Assembly (NCBI GenBank): GCA_902560625.1
Contig: CACEMD010000004.1
Coordinates: 22,351 to 86,350, forward strand
Reading direction: 5' to 3'
DNA: 64,000 nt
From: an uncultured Pelagibacteraceae bacterium
Lineage (GTDB): Bacteria > Pseudomonadota > Alphaproteobacteria > Pelagibacterales > Pelagibacteraceae
Shown here: piece after piece, positions 42,301-51,569 of the stretch
How positions within the stretch are numbered: position 1 is the first letter of the stretch
Layout: every line of letters begins with the position of its first letter
Program-made: the position numbers and the translations under genes
The notes under the pieces: generated by a model
Database searches by the model: none
Told to the model about the DNA's origin: nothing
The model's input: the letters and a program-made list of their open reading frames with translations, nothing else

Positions 42301-42391
42301 CAACAATATCAGACGTTAAAGGTTGTATATATCACTTTATTGTTGAATCTAAATGTTTTTTAACAAATGTGAATTACGGTGATAAATTGAC

Positions 42392-42556
42392 TTAAAACAT
42401 TAACAGGTACAGCAACACAAATATACTAAAGAAAAAAATACCGAATATAATCATTAATATTCGATTTTTTGTTTGGTCTTTTAATTTTGGCCAATGGTTC
42501 ATTATTATGAATGTTCCAATTACAACTAATAATCCTATAATAATATATTTTGGCAT
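42392..42556 (-). CDS. Small two-TM membrane protein (54 aa), not in ORF track
   Basis: MPKYIIIGLLVVIGTFIIMNHWPKLKDQTKNRILMIIFGIFFFSIFVLLYLLMF*: two hydrophobic helices separated by a basic loop. Confidence 0.6.
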   Translation of the reverse strand: MPKYIIIGLLVVIGTFIIMNHWPKLKDQTKNRILMIIFGIFFFSIFVLLYLLMF

Positions 42557-42602
42557 TATTTATATTTACATTATTTGTTTGACATTCAAAATGAGTTATA
42601 TT

Positions 42603-42637
42603 ATTACTATTGATAATTAATTGTTATCAATACTAAT
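42603..42637. other. Putative tyrosine-recombinase recombination/binding site (loxP/dif-like)
   Basis: ATTAC-TATTGATAA-TTAATTG-TTATCAATA-CTAAT: perfect 9-bp arms (13/14 extended) around an asymmetric 7-bp spacer, directly before the recombinase ATG. Confidence 0.7.
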
Positions 42638-42640
42638 TAT

Positions 42641-43594
42641 ATGAATGAACTGACAACTGACTTAAAATCACTTCATGAGGCAACATTAAATAATCTCAAG
42701 AATTCAAAAGCAAATAATACTTTAAGGGCCTATAAATCGGACTTTAGACATTTTGCAGCTTTCTGTGCCAAACATAGCTTTAATTCTATACCCTCAGAAG
42801 AAAAAATCGTATCTTTGTATCTAACGCATCTGTCAAAAAATTCAAAAATCAGCACATTAAGAAGAAGATTGGTATCAATTAGCATGGTTCATAAGCTAAA
42901 AGGTCATTACTTAGATACTAAACACCCAATTATAGTGGAAAATTTAATGGGAATTAAAAGAATAAAAGGTAGCATTCAAAAAGGAAAAAAACCATTATTA
43001 ATCAGTCATTTAAAATCGATTATTAATGTAATAGATCAACAAAAAATAGAAGAAATAAAAAAAATAAGAGACAAATCAATTATACTCATTGGCTTTGGAG
43101 GTGGTTTTAGACGAACTGAGCTAATGTCAATAGATTTAGAAGACTTAGAATTTGTTTCTGAGGGGCTAAAAATAACTTTAAAAAGATCAAAAACAGATCA
43201 ATTCGGCGAGGGAATGATAAAAGGTATACCCTACTTTACTAATGAAAATTATTGTCCTGTATTAAATATAAGGAAATGGATAAAAATTTCTAAAATAAAA
43301 TCTGGACCAATATTTAGAAGGTTTACAAAAGGATCTCATTTAACAGACAAGAGATTAACAGATCAATCTGTAGTCCTATTAATTAAGAAATACTTAAATT
43401 TAGCGGGTATTGAGAATAATAATTTTGCTGGTCATAGTTTACGATCAGGATTTGCAACTGTTGCGGCAGAATCTGGCGCTGATGAAAGAAGTATAATGGC
43501 AACGACAGGACATAAAAATGCACAAATGGTAAGAAGATATATCCGAGAAGCAAATATATTTAAAAATAATGCATTAAGTAAAGTTAAACTATAA
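42641..43594 (+). CDS. Cre-like site-specific tyrosine recombinase
   Basis: N-terminal core-binding domain (NTLRAYKSDF); catalytic R (FRRTEL), K (SKTDQ), HSLR, GH, Y (VRRY) all intact. Confidence 0.93.
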   Translation: MNELTTDLKSLHEATLNNLKNSKANNTLRAYKSDFRHFAAFCAKHSFNSIPSEEKIVSLYLTHLSKNSKISTLRRRLVSISMVHKLKGHYLDTKHPIIVENLMGIKRIKGSIQKGKKPLLISHLKSIINVIDQQKIEEIKKIRDKSIILIGFGGGFRRTELMSIDLEDLEFVSEGLKITLKRSKTDQFGEGMIKGIPYFTNENYCPVLNIRKWIKISKIKSGPIFRRFTKGSHLTDKRLTDQSVVLLIKKYLNLAGIENNNFAGHSLRSGFATVAAESGADERSIMATTGHKNAQMVRRYIREANIFKNNALSKVKL

Positions 43595-43612
43595 TTTTCT
43601 AATAAATAAAAA

Positions 43613-44530
43613 TTAAATAGAAACCCAATTTTCTGGCCAAAAATCATGATTTTTTGAATTATTTATATTCATTGGTCTAAAAACTATAGAATTATTTGAA
43701 ACATTTAACCAAGCTGGCCACCAATGAAATGATGTTGGACCAACTATAAAGTTTTTACATTTAGTCAATAGATAAAAGTCTGTCAAAGACTTATGAATAT
43801 TATTTTCAACAAATATGAATTTATTTTCTGGAAAATATTCTCTTAGATTTGTAAAATCATTGCTCCATAATAGAAATATTGGATTTTTTATTTTTAATTC
43901 AATTTGATCAATAGCTCGTTTGACGTACGAAATAGTATCTTTAGTAAATTCATTTGATTTATTTATTGAGGTTTGATCATTTTTGTTAACAATTCTTTCA
44001 GAAAACCTATTAGTTCGTATACATATTGAAATTACATTATTATTATTTTTCTTAATTATATCATAATACTCATTATTTTGAAACTTATGGTCGTTTTTAA
44101 GTAGAAATTCTTTTTTTAGATCATTCTTATAATTTTTAAAATATTTTTCACTTTCAAAGTTACCCTCTACATAGACTTTGTTTGATAAATTTGATAAGTC
44201 AAACTCAGAATATTTGGTATTTTTTTCCTTATTTCTATTCTCAATTATAAATCTTTTATTTCTAGTATATTTATCAATTTTTTTTAAAAAAAGTCTTTTG
44301 ATATTTAATAAGTTATTATTAAATTTATCTTTATTATCTGCTGATTTTGCTGTTATATTAAAATTATTTAATTCAAATTTTCTTAAATCCTTTTTTTTAA
44401 AGTAAGCGCTTTCGGGATCAATAAATAAATCATAATTAATTTTTTTTGATAATGCATAGCCATTTGCATACATAAAAAGCTGATTACCTATACCTTCGGC
44501 AATTCTTACAATTAATTTTTTATTGTCCAT
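43613..44530 (-). CDS. Alpha-1,2-fucosyltransferase-like (GT11)
   Basis: GIGNQLFMYA, FESEKYF, SFHWWPAWL, PENW. Confidence 0.85.
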   Translation of the reverse strand: MDNKKLIVRIAEGIGNQLFMYANGYALSKKINYDLFIDPESAYFKKKDLRKFELNNFNITAKSADNKDKFNNNLLNIKRLFLKKIDKYTRNKRFIIENRNKEKNTKYSEFDLSNLSNKVYVEGNFESEKYFKNYKNDLKKEFLLKNDHKFQNNEYYDIIKKNNNNVISICIRTNRFSERIVNKNDQTSINKSNEFTKDTISYVKRAIDQIELKIKNPIFLLWSNDFTNLREYFPENKFIFVENNIHKSLTDFYLLTKCKNFIVGPTSFHWWPAWLNVSNNSIVFRPMNINNSKNHDFWPENWVSI

Positions 44531-44540
44531 ATACTCCGAG

Positions 44541-45830
44541 CTATAGGAGTCTAATTAAAGTTGGTTTTTTTAATATGTATTTGTTGCTTCTAAACAATTT
44601 CATACAATTTTGAGCGTTATTCTCACTAGATTTATGCGTTATAATCACAATTGAGGCAGTTTTATTTTTATGATCCGGAATTTGAACAAGTCTCTCAACT
44701 GAAATATTGTAATTAGCTAATTGTTTTGTGATTAGTGACAACACACCTGGCTTGTCCTTTACTTCAAATCTGAAGTACAATGAGTTTAAATATTTTCTTA
44801 TGTCATAAGGTTTAGGTTTTTTTCTCTCCTTATCGCTGATACCAAAAGGATATTTTATATTACCCCTCAATATTGATAGAAGATCTGACATTAAAGCTGA
44901 CGAAGTTGGGCCAGGTCCAGCGCCCTCACCTTGTAAAATACTTTCACCAATTGGTTGACCATTAAGAATCACAGCATTCATAACTCCATTTACATTTCCT
45001 ATATAACTATTTTTTTTTACTAAACACGGATGAACTCTTTCAAATAACTGATTCTCAATTAATTCAGTAATACCTAAAAGTTTAATTCTAAAATTTAATT
45101 GACTAGCTATTTCAATATCCTTGTATTCAATATTTTCTATACCATCCATTAAGCACTTGGCATGTGATATTTTTTTATTGAATGCTAATGATGATAATAT
45201 TCTTACCTTCGCAAATGCATCATAACCATTTAAGTCAAGTTTAGGGTTACCTTGTTCAGCATAACCTAAATATTGAGCTTTTTTAAGAACATTTTTAAAA
45301 TTGTCCTTTGTATTTTCCATTTCAGACAATATGTAATTGCAAGTACCATTAAGTATCCCATATACTTTATTAATTGTATTAGTTGCTAAACCTTCTTTGA
45401 TAGTTCTTATAACTGGTATACCGCCTGCTACAGAAGCTTCAAATTCTAGGTTAATTTTATTTTTTTCTGCCAATTTTGACAATTTATTTCCATGTTTGGA
45501 TATAAGTGCTTTATTAGGTGTTATTACATGAATTTTTTTTTTTATACACATCTCTACTATCTTTTTTGAAATACCATCTGGAGTACCAATTACCTCAAAT
45601 AGAATATCAATCTTTTTTTTTCTGATGATTTCAATTGGATTCTTAAAAAAAATTTTTTTATTAATATTAAATTTTCTTTTCTTTTTTGGATTTTTGGCAG
45701 AAATTGCTATAATTTTTATATTTTTTCCTGTCTTAATTTTTATTTCTTTCCTTTTTTTATTTATTTCATTGTATAGAAAATTACCTATCTGGCCCAAACC
45801 AACTATTGCAATATTGACTGTTTTATTCAT
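44541..45830 (-). CDS. hom: Homoserine dehydrogenase
   Basis: GLGQIG, FEASVAGGIP, GILNGTCNYIL, GAGPGPTS, C-terminal ACT domain. Confidence 0.95.
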   Translation of the reverse strand: MNKTVNIAIVGLGQIGNFLYNEINKKRKEIKIKTGKNIKIIAISAKNPKKKRKFNINKKIFFKNPIEIIRKKKIDILFEVIGTPDGISKKIVEMCIKKKIHVITPNKALISKHGNKLSKLAEKNKINLEFEASVAGGIPVIRTIKEGLATNTINKVYGILNGTCNYILSEMENTKDNFKNVLKKAQYLGYAEQGNPKLDLNGYDAFAKVRILSSLAFNKKISHAKCLMDGIENIEYKDIEIASQLNFRIKLLGITELIENQLFERVHPCLVKKNSYIGNVNGVMNAVILNGQPIGESILQGEGAGPGPTSSALMSDLLSILRGNIKYPFGISDKERKKPKPYDIRKYLNSLYFRFEVKDKPGVLSLITKQLANYNISVERLVQIPDHKNKTASIVIITHKSSENNAQNCMKLFRSNKYILKKPTLIRLL

Positions 45831-45832
45831 AA

Positions 45833-46240
45833 TTATTCATTTATATCTGGAAAATCATTTTTATCACTATATTTAATTACTTGTGATTCAAATTTATTAA
45901 ATGACATATTTTTATCTAAATCTGTATTTGGAACATCAGTAAATAATACAATTTTATTTCGCACAATTAATTTTTTTTTTGATAAATTCCTATTTTTAGT
46001 AACAATTTTTTCCTCAAATCTTTTAGGAATGTTTAAATTCTTCTTATCTTTTTTAATATCATTTTTTATTTTTAATTTAATGTTTTTTTTATTTTCAGTT
46101 TTAACACGAGTTAATTTCTCATTTGATGAACATGGTAATAAAAATTCATTTATACATTTTTTTTTAGATTCGTTATTTATTGAGCTTGCATTTGATAATG
46201 TGATCCAAAAAAAAAATAGAAGGAAAAAAAAATATTTCAT
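45833..46240 (-). CDS. Hypothetical exported protein
   Basis: Signal-peptide-like N-terminus, Lys-rich; coupled between argC and hom. Confidence 0.6.
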   Translation of the reverse strand: MKYFFFLLFFFWITLSNASSINNESKKKCINEFLLPCSSNEKLTRVKTENKKNIKLKIKNDIKKDKKNLNIPKRFEEKIVTKNRNLSKKKLIVRNKIVLFTDVPNTDLDKNMSFNKFESQVIKYSDKNDFPDINE

Positions 46241-47262
46241 TGTAAGCCCCTATTTTCAGGTAAATTAAATCTGATGTTCATATTTTGCACTGCTTGACCA
46301 GAACCACCTTTAATTAAATTATCTATAGCTGATAATATTACAAATCTATTTTTAAACTTAGTTTTACATATCGATATATCACAAAAATTAGTGTTAATAA
46401 CATCATTCGTACTTATATAAGTGTTAGGTTTTTTTATACGCACAAATTTTTTATTTTTAAACGTTTTGATAATTTCATTATTAATATCATGTAAATTGTA
46501 TTTATTTTTAGTTTCAATATAAATTGTACTAAGAATTCCTTTAAACATAGGGCTTAAATGTGGAGTAAATGTAAGATAAAGTTTTTTATTATTAATTATT
46601 TTTTTAATTTCCTGTTCAATTTCAGAATTATGTCTATGAAAACCGACTCCATATGCCTTTATAGATTGATATAAATTTTTATTTTTATACTTTTTGTGAA
46701 CACTTCTACCAGCTCCGGAATAGCCAGATTTGGAGTCTATAACTATATTTTTTAAATTAATCATTTTTTTTTTAATTATAGGTATTAATGGCAATAATAT
46801 AGATGTTGGATAGCATCCTGGACAAGATATGATTTTATATTTTTTAATTTTATCATTAGCAAATTCAGGCAATGAATAAATACTTTTATTTATATTTTGT
46901 GGAGCTCTATGTTTTTGTTTGTACCATTTAAAATAATAATTAGAACTATCTAATCTAAAATCAGCAGCTATATCAATTAATACATTGTCTTTGATCATAA
47001 TTTTTGAAATATCTTGAGCCTGACCATTTGGCAAAGCAGTAAATATTACATCAACATCCTTTAGTAGATTTTTTTTAAACTTTACTATTTTTGGTAATTT
47101 TTTAGAATTAAAGGATTTGTCGAAGTGAGAAATACTTTTTCCTACAGAACTATTTCCACATAAATATTTGATTTCTACATTCTTATGCTTCGATAGAATT
47201 TTAACAAGTTCGATACCAATGTAACCTGTTGATCCCGCAATTAATACATTAAGCTTGGTCAT
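46237..47262 (-). CDS. argC: N-acetyl-gamma-glutamyl-phosphate reductase
   Basis: GSTGYIG, PGCYPT, SGYSGAGR, DNLIKGGSGQAVQN. Confidence 0.96.
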   Translation of the reverse strand: MTKLNVLIAGSTGYIGIELVKILSKHKNVEIKYLCGNSSVGKSISHFDKSFNSKKLPKIVKFKKNLLKDVDVIFTALPNGQAQDISKIMIKDNVLIDIAADFRLDSSNYYFKWYKQKHRAPQNINKSIYSLPEFANDKIKKYKIISCPGCYPTSILLPLIPIIKKKMINLKNIVIDSKSGYSGAGRSVHKKYKNKNLYQSIKAYGVGFHRHNSEIEQEIKKIINNKKLYLTFTPHLSPMFKGILSTIYIETKNKYNLHDINNEIIKTFKNKKFVRIKKPNTYISTNDVINTNFCDISICKTKFKNRFVILSAIDNLIKGGSGQAVQNMNIRFNLPENRGLQ

Positions 47263-47295
47263 TTTTTATTATAACAGTTAATAAAGAAAAAAAAA

Positions 47296-47727
47296 TTATC
47301 TTTTAGAAAACTGAAAACTTCTTCTGGCTTTTCTATGACCGTATTTTTTTCTTTCTACAGCTCTAGAGTCTCTAGTTGTCAGTTTTTCTTTTTTAAGAGT
47401 TGATTTAAGATTCGAATCAAAAAGCAATAACGCTTTTGATATACCGTGAACTACAGCTCCTATCTGACCAGTTAACCCACCGCCTTTCACATTACATTTA
47501 ACATCATAATCTGTAGGTTGATTTATTATTTCAAAAGTTCTTAGTAATTTCATTTTGTGTGTATCTCTGGTGAAGTAATTGTCGTATTTTTTTCCATTTA
47601 TTAAAATTTTTCCACTTCCTTTTTTTAGCCAGACTTTCGCAATAGATGTCTTTCTTCGGCCAGTAGCATATTTGCTATCTTTAAAACTTATTTTTGAATT
47701 ATCATTATTTTCAACTACTTCATTCAT
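47296..47727 (-). CDS. rpsI: 30S ribosomal protein S9
   Basis: TGRRKTS, GGG, C-terminal QFSKR. Confidence 0.98.
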   Translation of the reverse strand: MNEVVENNDNSKISFKDSKYATGRRKTSIAKVWLKKGSGKILINGKKYDNYFTRDTHKMKLLRTFEIINQPTDYDVKCNVKGGGLTGQIGAVVHGISKALLLFDSNLKSTLKKEKLTTRDSRAVERKKYGHRKARRSFQFSKR

Positions 47728-47730
47728 AAA

Positions 47731-48189
47731 TTAATTTCTAATATGATTTTTACTATTTAATTTGTTTATATCAATAACTTTTGGACTTTGCGATGAGTGA
47801 GGATGATCTTTACCAATGTAAATTTTTAATTTTGAGAGTTGTTTTTTTGCTAAAGCACCTCCAGGTAACATTCTTCTTACAGCTAATTTTAAAACATCAC
47901 CAGGTTTTTTTTCTGATATCTTTTCAGGTGTAGTTTCTTTAATGCCACCTGGGTGACCAGTATGTTTATAATATTTTTTATTTGTAAATTTTTTTCCTGT
48001 AAACTTAATTTTTTCAATATTTTTAACTACTACAAAATCACCATTATCCATATGAGGCGTGTAATTTGTTTTATTTTTTCCTCTAATAATTTTAGATATA
48101 ATTGTAGCTAATCTTCCTACAACAGCATCTGCTGCGTCAATTTCATACCAGTTACTATTAATCTCATCTTTTTTAACAAATTTTGTCAT
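47731..48189 (-). CDS. rplM: 50S ribosomal protein L13
   Basis: WYEIDA..VGRLA, YTPHMDNGD, HTGHPGG; start at ATG 48189. Confidence 0.97.
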   Translation of the reverse strand: MTKFVKKDEINSNWYEIDAADAVVGRLATIISKIIRGKNKTNYTPHMDNGDFVVVKNIEKIKFTGKKFTNKKYYKHTGHPGGIKETTPEKISEKKPGDVLKLAVRRMLPGGALAKKQLSKLKIYIGKDHPHSSQSPKVIDINKLNSKNHIRN

Positions 48190-48341
48190 GAATGCCGGAT
48201 TAATACTTAGAAATGTAATTAATGTCAATTTTTAACTATAATTAATGATATAAAATTAGTTTTTACGAGGCTTTTCTTACTTGATAAACATTGGCTTTTC
48301 ATAATACAATAAAATCTTAAAATACATGAAAGGAAGATAAT

Positions 48342-49661
48342 ATGTCAAAAAATCCAGAAACAATCGCATTGCATGGTGGTGAATATAGAAGTGACCCTTC
48401 TACTACAGCTGTAGCAGTGCCAATATATAGAACAACATCATATCAATTCAATAACACTGATCATGCAGCTAATTTATTTGGTCTTAAAGAGTTTGGAAAC
48501 ATTTATACACGAATTATGAATCCAACAAATGATGTATTAGAAAAAAGAGTTGCTGCACTTGAGGGAGGACTAGCATGTGTTACAGTTGGTTCAGGACAAG
48601 CTGCATCAACATTTGCCATACTAAACTGCTGCCAATCAGGTGATAACTTTGTTAGTTCGACAGATTTATATGGTGGAACTGTAAATTTATTTACACATAC
48701 ATTAAAAAAGCTAGGTATTGAAGTTAGATATGCTGATCCATCAGATCCAAAAAACTTTGAAAAAGCTATTGATGATAGAACCAGATGTTTTTATGCAGAG
48801 ACGCTGCCTAACCCATATTTAAGAGTATTCCCAATGAAAGAAGTGTCTGATATTGGTAGAAAGCATAACATACCTTTAATAATGGACAACACTGCTGCAC
48901 CTGTTATATGCAAACCACTTGAACATGGTGTTGCTATAGTAGTTCATTCATTGACTAAATTTATTGGTGGTCATGGAACTGTTATAGGTGGATGTCTTGT
49001 AGATGGTGGAAATTTTGATTGGACTGCAGATCCAAAAAGACAACCAATGTTTAATGAACCAGATATGAGCTATGGTGGAGCAAAATGGGGTGAAGTAGTT
49101 CCACAACTTACTGGAGCAAATGTTGCTTTTGCAGTAAGAGCTAGAGTTTGTTTATTAAGAGATTTAGGAGCACCATTGGCACCAGACAATGCATGGGGAA
49201 TTATACAGGGTCTTGAAACTGCTCCACTTAGAATGAAACAACACTGTTCTAATGCACAAAAAGTTGTTGATTTTTTAACCAAACATAAAAGTGTTGACAG
49301 AGTTATATACCCTACTCTTCATAAAGGAGCAGTTGGAGAAAGAGCAAAAAAATACTTTAAAGGTGGAAATGGTGCTCTAGTGGGTATTGAAGTAAAAGGC
49401 GGAGTAGAAGCTGGTAAAAAGTTTATAGAAGCATTAAAAATGTTTTACCATGTTGCAAATATAGGTGATGCAAGAAGTTTAGCTATACATCCTGCAACAA
49501 CTACGCATAGTCAACTTACAGAAGAAGAGTTGCTTGCAGCTGGTGTTACTCCTGGTTATGTTAGATTGTCTATAGGTATAGAACATCCTGATGATATTAT
49601 TGCTGATCTAGATCAAGCATTAGGAGCATCTGGAAAACCAAATCTTAAGGCTGTGAGTTAA
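48342..49661 (+). CDS. metY: O-acetylhomoserine sulfhydrylase
   Basis: YTRIMNPT, HSLTKFIGGHG (PLP Lys), ANIGDA, HPATTTHSQL; AAGGA RBS. Confidence 0.93.
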   Translation: MSKNPETIALHGGEYRSDPSTTAVAVPIYRTTSYQFNNTDHAANLFGLKEFGNIYTRIMNPTNDVLEKRVAALEGGLACVTVGSGQAASTFAILNCCQSGDNFVSSTDLYGGTVNLFTHTLKKLGIEVRYADPSDPKNFEKAIDDRTRCFYAETLPNPYLRVFPMKEVSDIGRKHNIPLIMDNTAAPVICKPLEHGVAIVVHSLTKFIGGHGTVIGGCLVDGGNFDWTADPKRQPMFNEPDMSYGGAKWGEVVPQLTGANVAFAVRARVCLLRDLGAPLAPDNAWGIIQGLETAPLRMKQHCSNAQKVVDFLTKHKSVDRVIYPTLHKGAVGERAKKYFKGGNGALVGIEVKGGVEAGKKFIEALKMFYHVANIGDARSLAIHPATTTHSQLTEEELLAAGVTPGYVRLSIGIEHPDDIIADLDQALGASGKPNLKAVS

Positions 49662-50670
49662 TATTTGTATTTATATAATAAAAATAAATACATGAGCTGA
49701 CTAAAAAAATTGAACTTATTTGGTGCATAGATGCTATATATATTTGTGCACCAAATATAATTGTAAAAATACCTAATACAACCTGTATAATTATAAATAA
49801 TCCCAAAAAATTTATAGAATTATAAAGATCATACATTTTATTTTTGTAAATTTTATAAAAAACTAGAATATAATAAAAACAAATAAAATATGCTAAGTTT
49901 CTGTGAATAAATTGAACTAGAGATGGATCGCTAAAAGCAGATATTTTAAAAAGATTGTATATATTATTGTCATTAGGAAAATATGAATTACCCATTAATG
50001 GCCAGGAATTATAAATTTTACCTGCATCCATACCTGAAACAAACGCCCCGATCGATATCTGAATAAATATTAAAAATAAAAATATTATTGGAAAAAATAT
50101 GTGGATTTTGCTTTCAACATTGTGATTTACTTTAATTTTTAGAAAATTATGAAAAATAAGAGATAGAATTAAAAAAGCCAAAACTAAATGGATTGAAAGT
50201 CTGAAATGACTCACATCTACTCTGTCAACCAAACCACTACTAACCATATACCATCCAATAAATCCCTGAAAACAAATCAGAAAGAAAATAAAATATAAAT
50301 TTAATAATTTTGAAATTTTAACTTTAAAAGAAAAGTAAATTAATGGAAATAAATAAAAAATTCCAATTAGCCTGCCAAGGAATCTGTGTCCCCATTCCCA
50401 CCAAAAAATAATCTTAAATTCACTCATCGACATATCATAATTTTGAATTGTAAATTCAGGAATTTTTTTATAAAGATTAAAATATATAATCCAATCACTT
50501 TCATTTAGTGGTGGAATAGAACCCGAAAATAATTCCCATTGTGTTATAGATAGACCCGAGTCGGTTAACCTTGTTAAACCCCCAACCACTATCATTATAG
50601 AAATTATAATAAACATCAAAATTAACCATATAGATATTTGATTATTTATTTTTGTATTTTCTGTATACAT
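49645..50670 (-). CDS. ctaA: Heme A synthase (COX15/CtaA)
   Basis: GGLTRLTDSGLSI, EWGHR, GWYMVSSG; start at ATG 50670. Confidence 0.93.
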   Translation of the reverse strand: MYTENTKINNQISIWLILMFIIISIMIVVGGLTRLTDSGLSITQWELFSGSIPPLNESDWIIYFNLYKKIPEFTIQNYDMSMSEFKIIFWWEWGHRFLGRLIGIFYLFPLIYFSFKVKISKLLNLYFIFFLICFQGFIGWYMVSSGLVDRVDVSHFRLSIHLVLAFLILSLIFHNFLKIKVNHNVESKIHIFFPIIFLFLIFIQISIGAFVSGMDAGKIYNSWPLMGNSYFPNDNNIYNLFKISAFSDPSLVQFIHRNLAYFICFYYILVFYKIYKNKMYDLYNSINFLGLFIIIQVVLGIFTIIFGAQIYIASMHQISSIFLVSSCIYFYYINTNINSQP

Positions 50671-50713
50671 ATAAGCATAAATATAATAATTTTTTAATAA
50701 TCCAATTATATAA

Positions 50714-51007
50714 ATGTCGCCATTAAATAGAAAAAAATTAGGCAAAATAAGATCAGATCTAGATAGACTTGATAATTCACTTATTAAAATTATTAAAAAA
50801 AGGACTAAACTAGTTGAAAAAGTTTTAGCACTTAAAGATAAAAAAAATCAAATTGTAGATAAAAAAAGAATCAAAAAAATATTAAAAAATATAAGAATAA
50901 AATCAATTAAAAATAATATTGATCCAAAAATTACAAATAAAATATGGAATAATATGATTTTAGCATACATTGATTACGAAAAAAGAAATTTTAAAAAAAA
51001 AAAATAG
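50714..51007 (+). CDS. Chorismate mutase (AroQ, monofunctional)
   Basis: IRSDLDRLD..LI...KR...V..LK pattern. Confidence 0.8.
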   Translation: MSPLNRKKLGKIRSDLDRLDNSLIKIIKKRTKLVEKVLALKDKKNQIVDKKRIKKILKNIRIKSIKNNIDPKITNKIWNNMILAYIDYEKRNFKKKK

Positions 51008-51008
51008 T

Positions 51009-51200
51009 TTATTTACTATGAGGTGGAAGTTTTTTTTCAATAAAGACTTCATGCTTCCTTGAAGCAGGATTGTATTTTTTAGCTTTAAGTTTTATTTTAG
51101 CCTTTTCCCCACCTGCTGGTTTCTTTACATAATAAAAAAATGGGCTATCAGGTTTGTTTTCAGGAACCAATCTAACTTTAATGTGGGTTTTTTTTGCCAT
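51009..51200 (-). CDS. rpmG: 50S ribosomal protein L33
   Basis: KKYNP..RKHEVFIEKK; Cys-free form. Confidence 0.9.
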   Translation of the reverse strand: MAKKTHIKVRLVPENKPDSPFFYYVKKPAGGEKAKIKLKAKKYNPASRKHEVFIEKKLPPHSK

Positions 51201-51203
51201 TTA

Positions 51204-51569
51204 TTATTCTTTTAATTTATTTATTAAGTTTGAAATATTTTTAATTTTTATTTTTAAATTATTTTTTGTGTTTATATGATCTTTATTAAGTTCGTCAAGT
51301 TTTGATTTTTCCTCATTCAGGTGCTTTTTTGCACCTAGTAGAGTCATACCTTTATCTTTTAAGAGGTATTTTATACGTTTAAGAATTTTTATATCCGAAC
51401 TATTATATAATCTTCTTCTGCCTGAAAAAATTTTTGGTTTGATTTGTTTAAAATTCTTTTCCCAAAATCTTAAAGTATGAGTATTAATTTTTCCTGTTTT
51501 TTGATCAATTAAATTTAGTATCTTAGCAACTTCGCTTATAGAATAATATTTTTCATCATTTTGAATCAT
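51204..51569 (-). CDS. MerR family transcriptional regulator
   Basis: SISEVA, HTLRFWE, GRRLY; conserved downstream of ihfA. Confidence 0.9.
   Translation of the reverse strand: MIQNDEKYYSISEVAKILNLIDQKTGKINTHTLRFWEKNFKQIKPKIFSGRRRLYNSSDIKILKRIKYLLKDKGMTLLGAKKHLNEEKSKLDELNKDHINTKNNLKIKIKNISNLINKLKE

Noticed and set aside
42110-42556. Type I toxin-antitoxin pair (small membrane protein plus RNA)
   Set aside because: Both are on the same strand and I saw no extended complementarity
36276-43594. Integrated island from tRNA-Glu to the recombinase
   Set aside because: No duplicated tRNA-Glu 3' fragment found and the recombinase is not adjacent to the tRNA
48190-48341. SAM-V/SAM-II riboswitch upstream of metY
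   Set aside because: Expected from some SAR11 strains, but I could not find the characteristic paired elements; a covariance-model scan would be decisive
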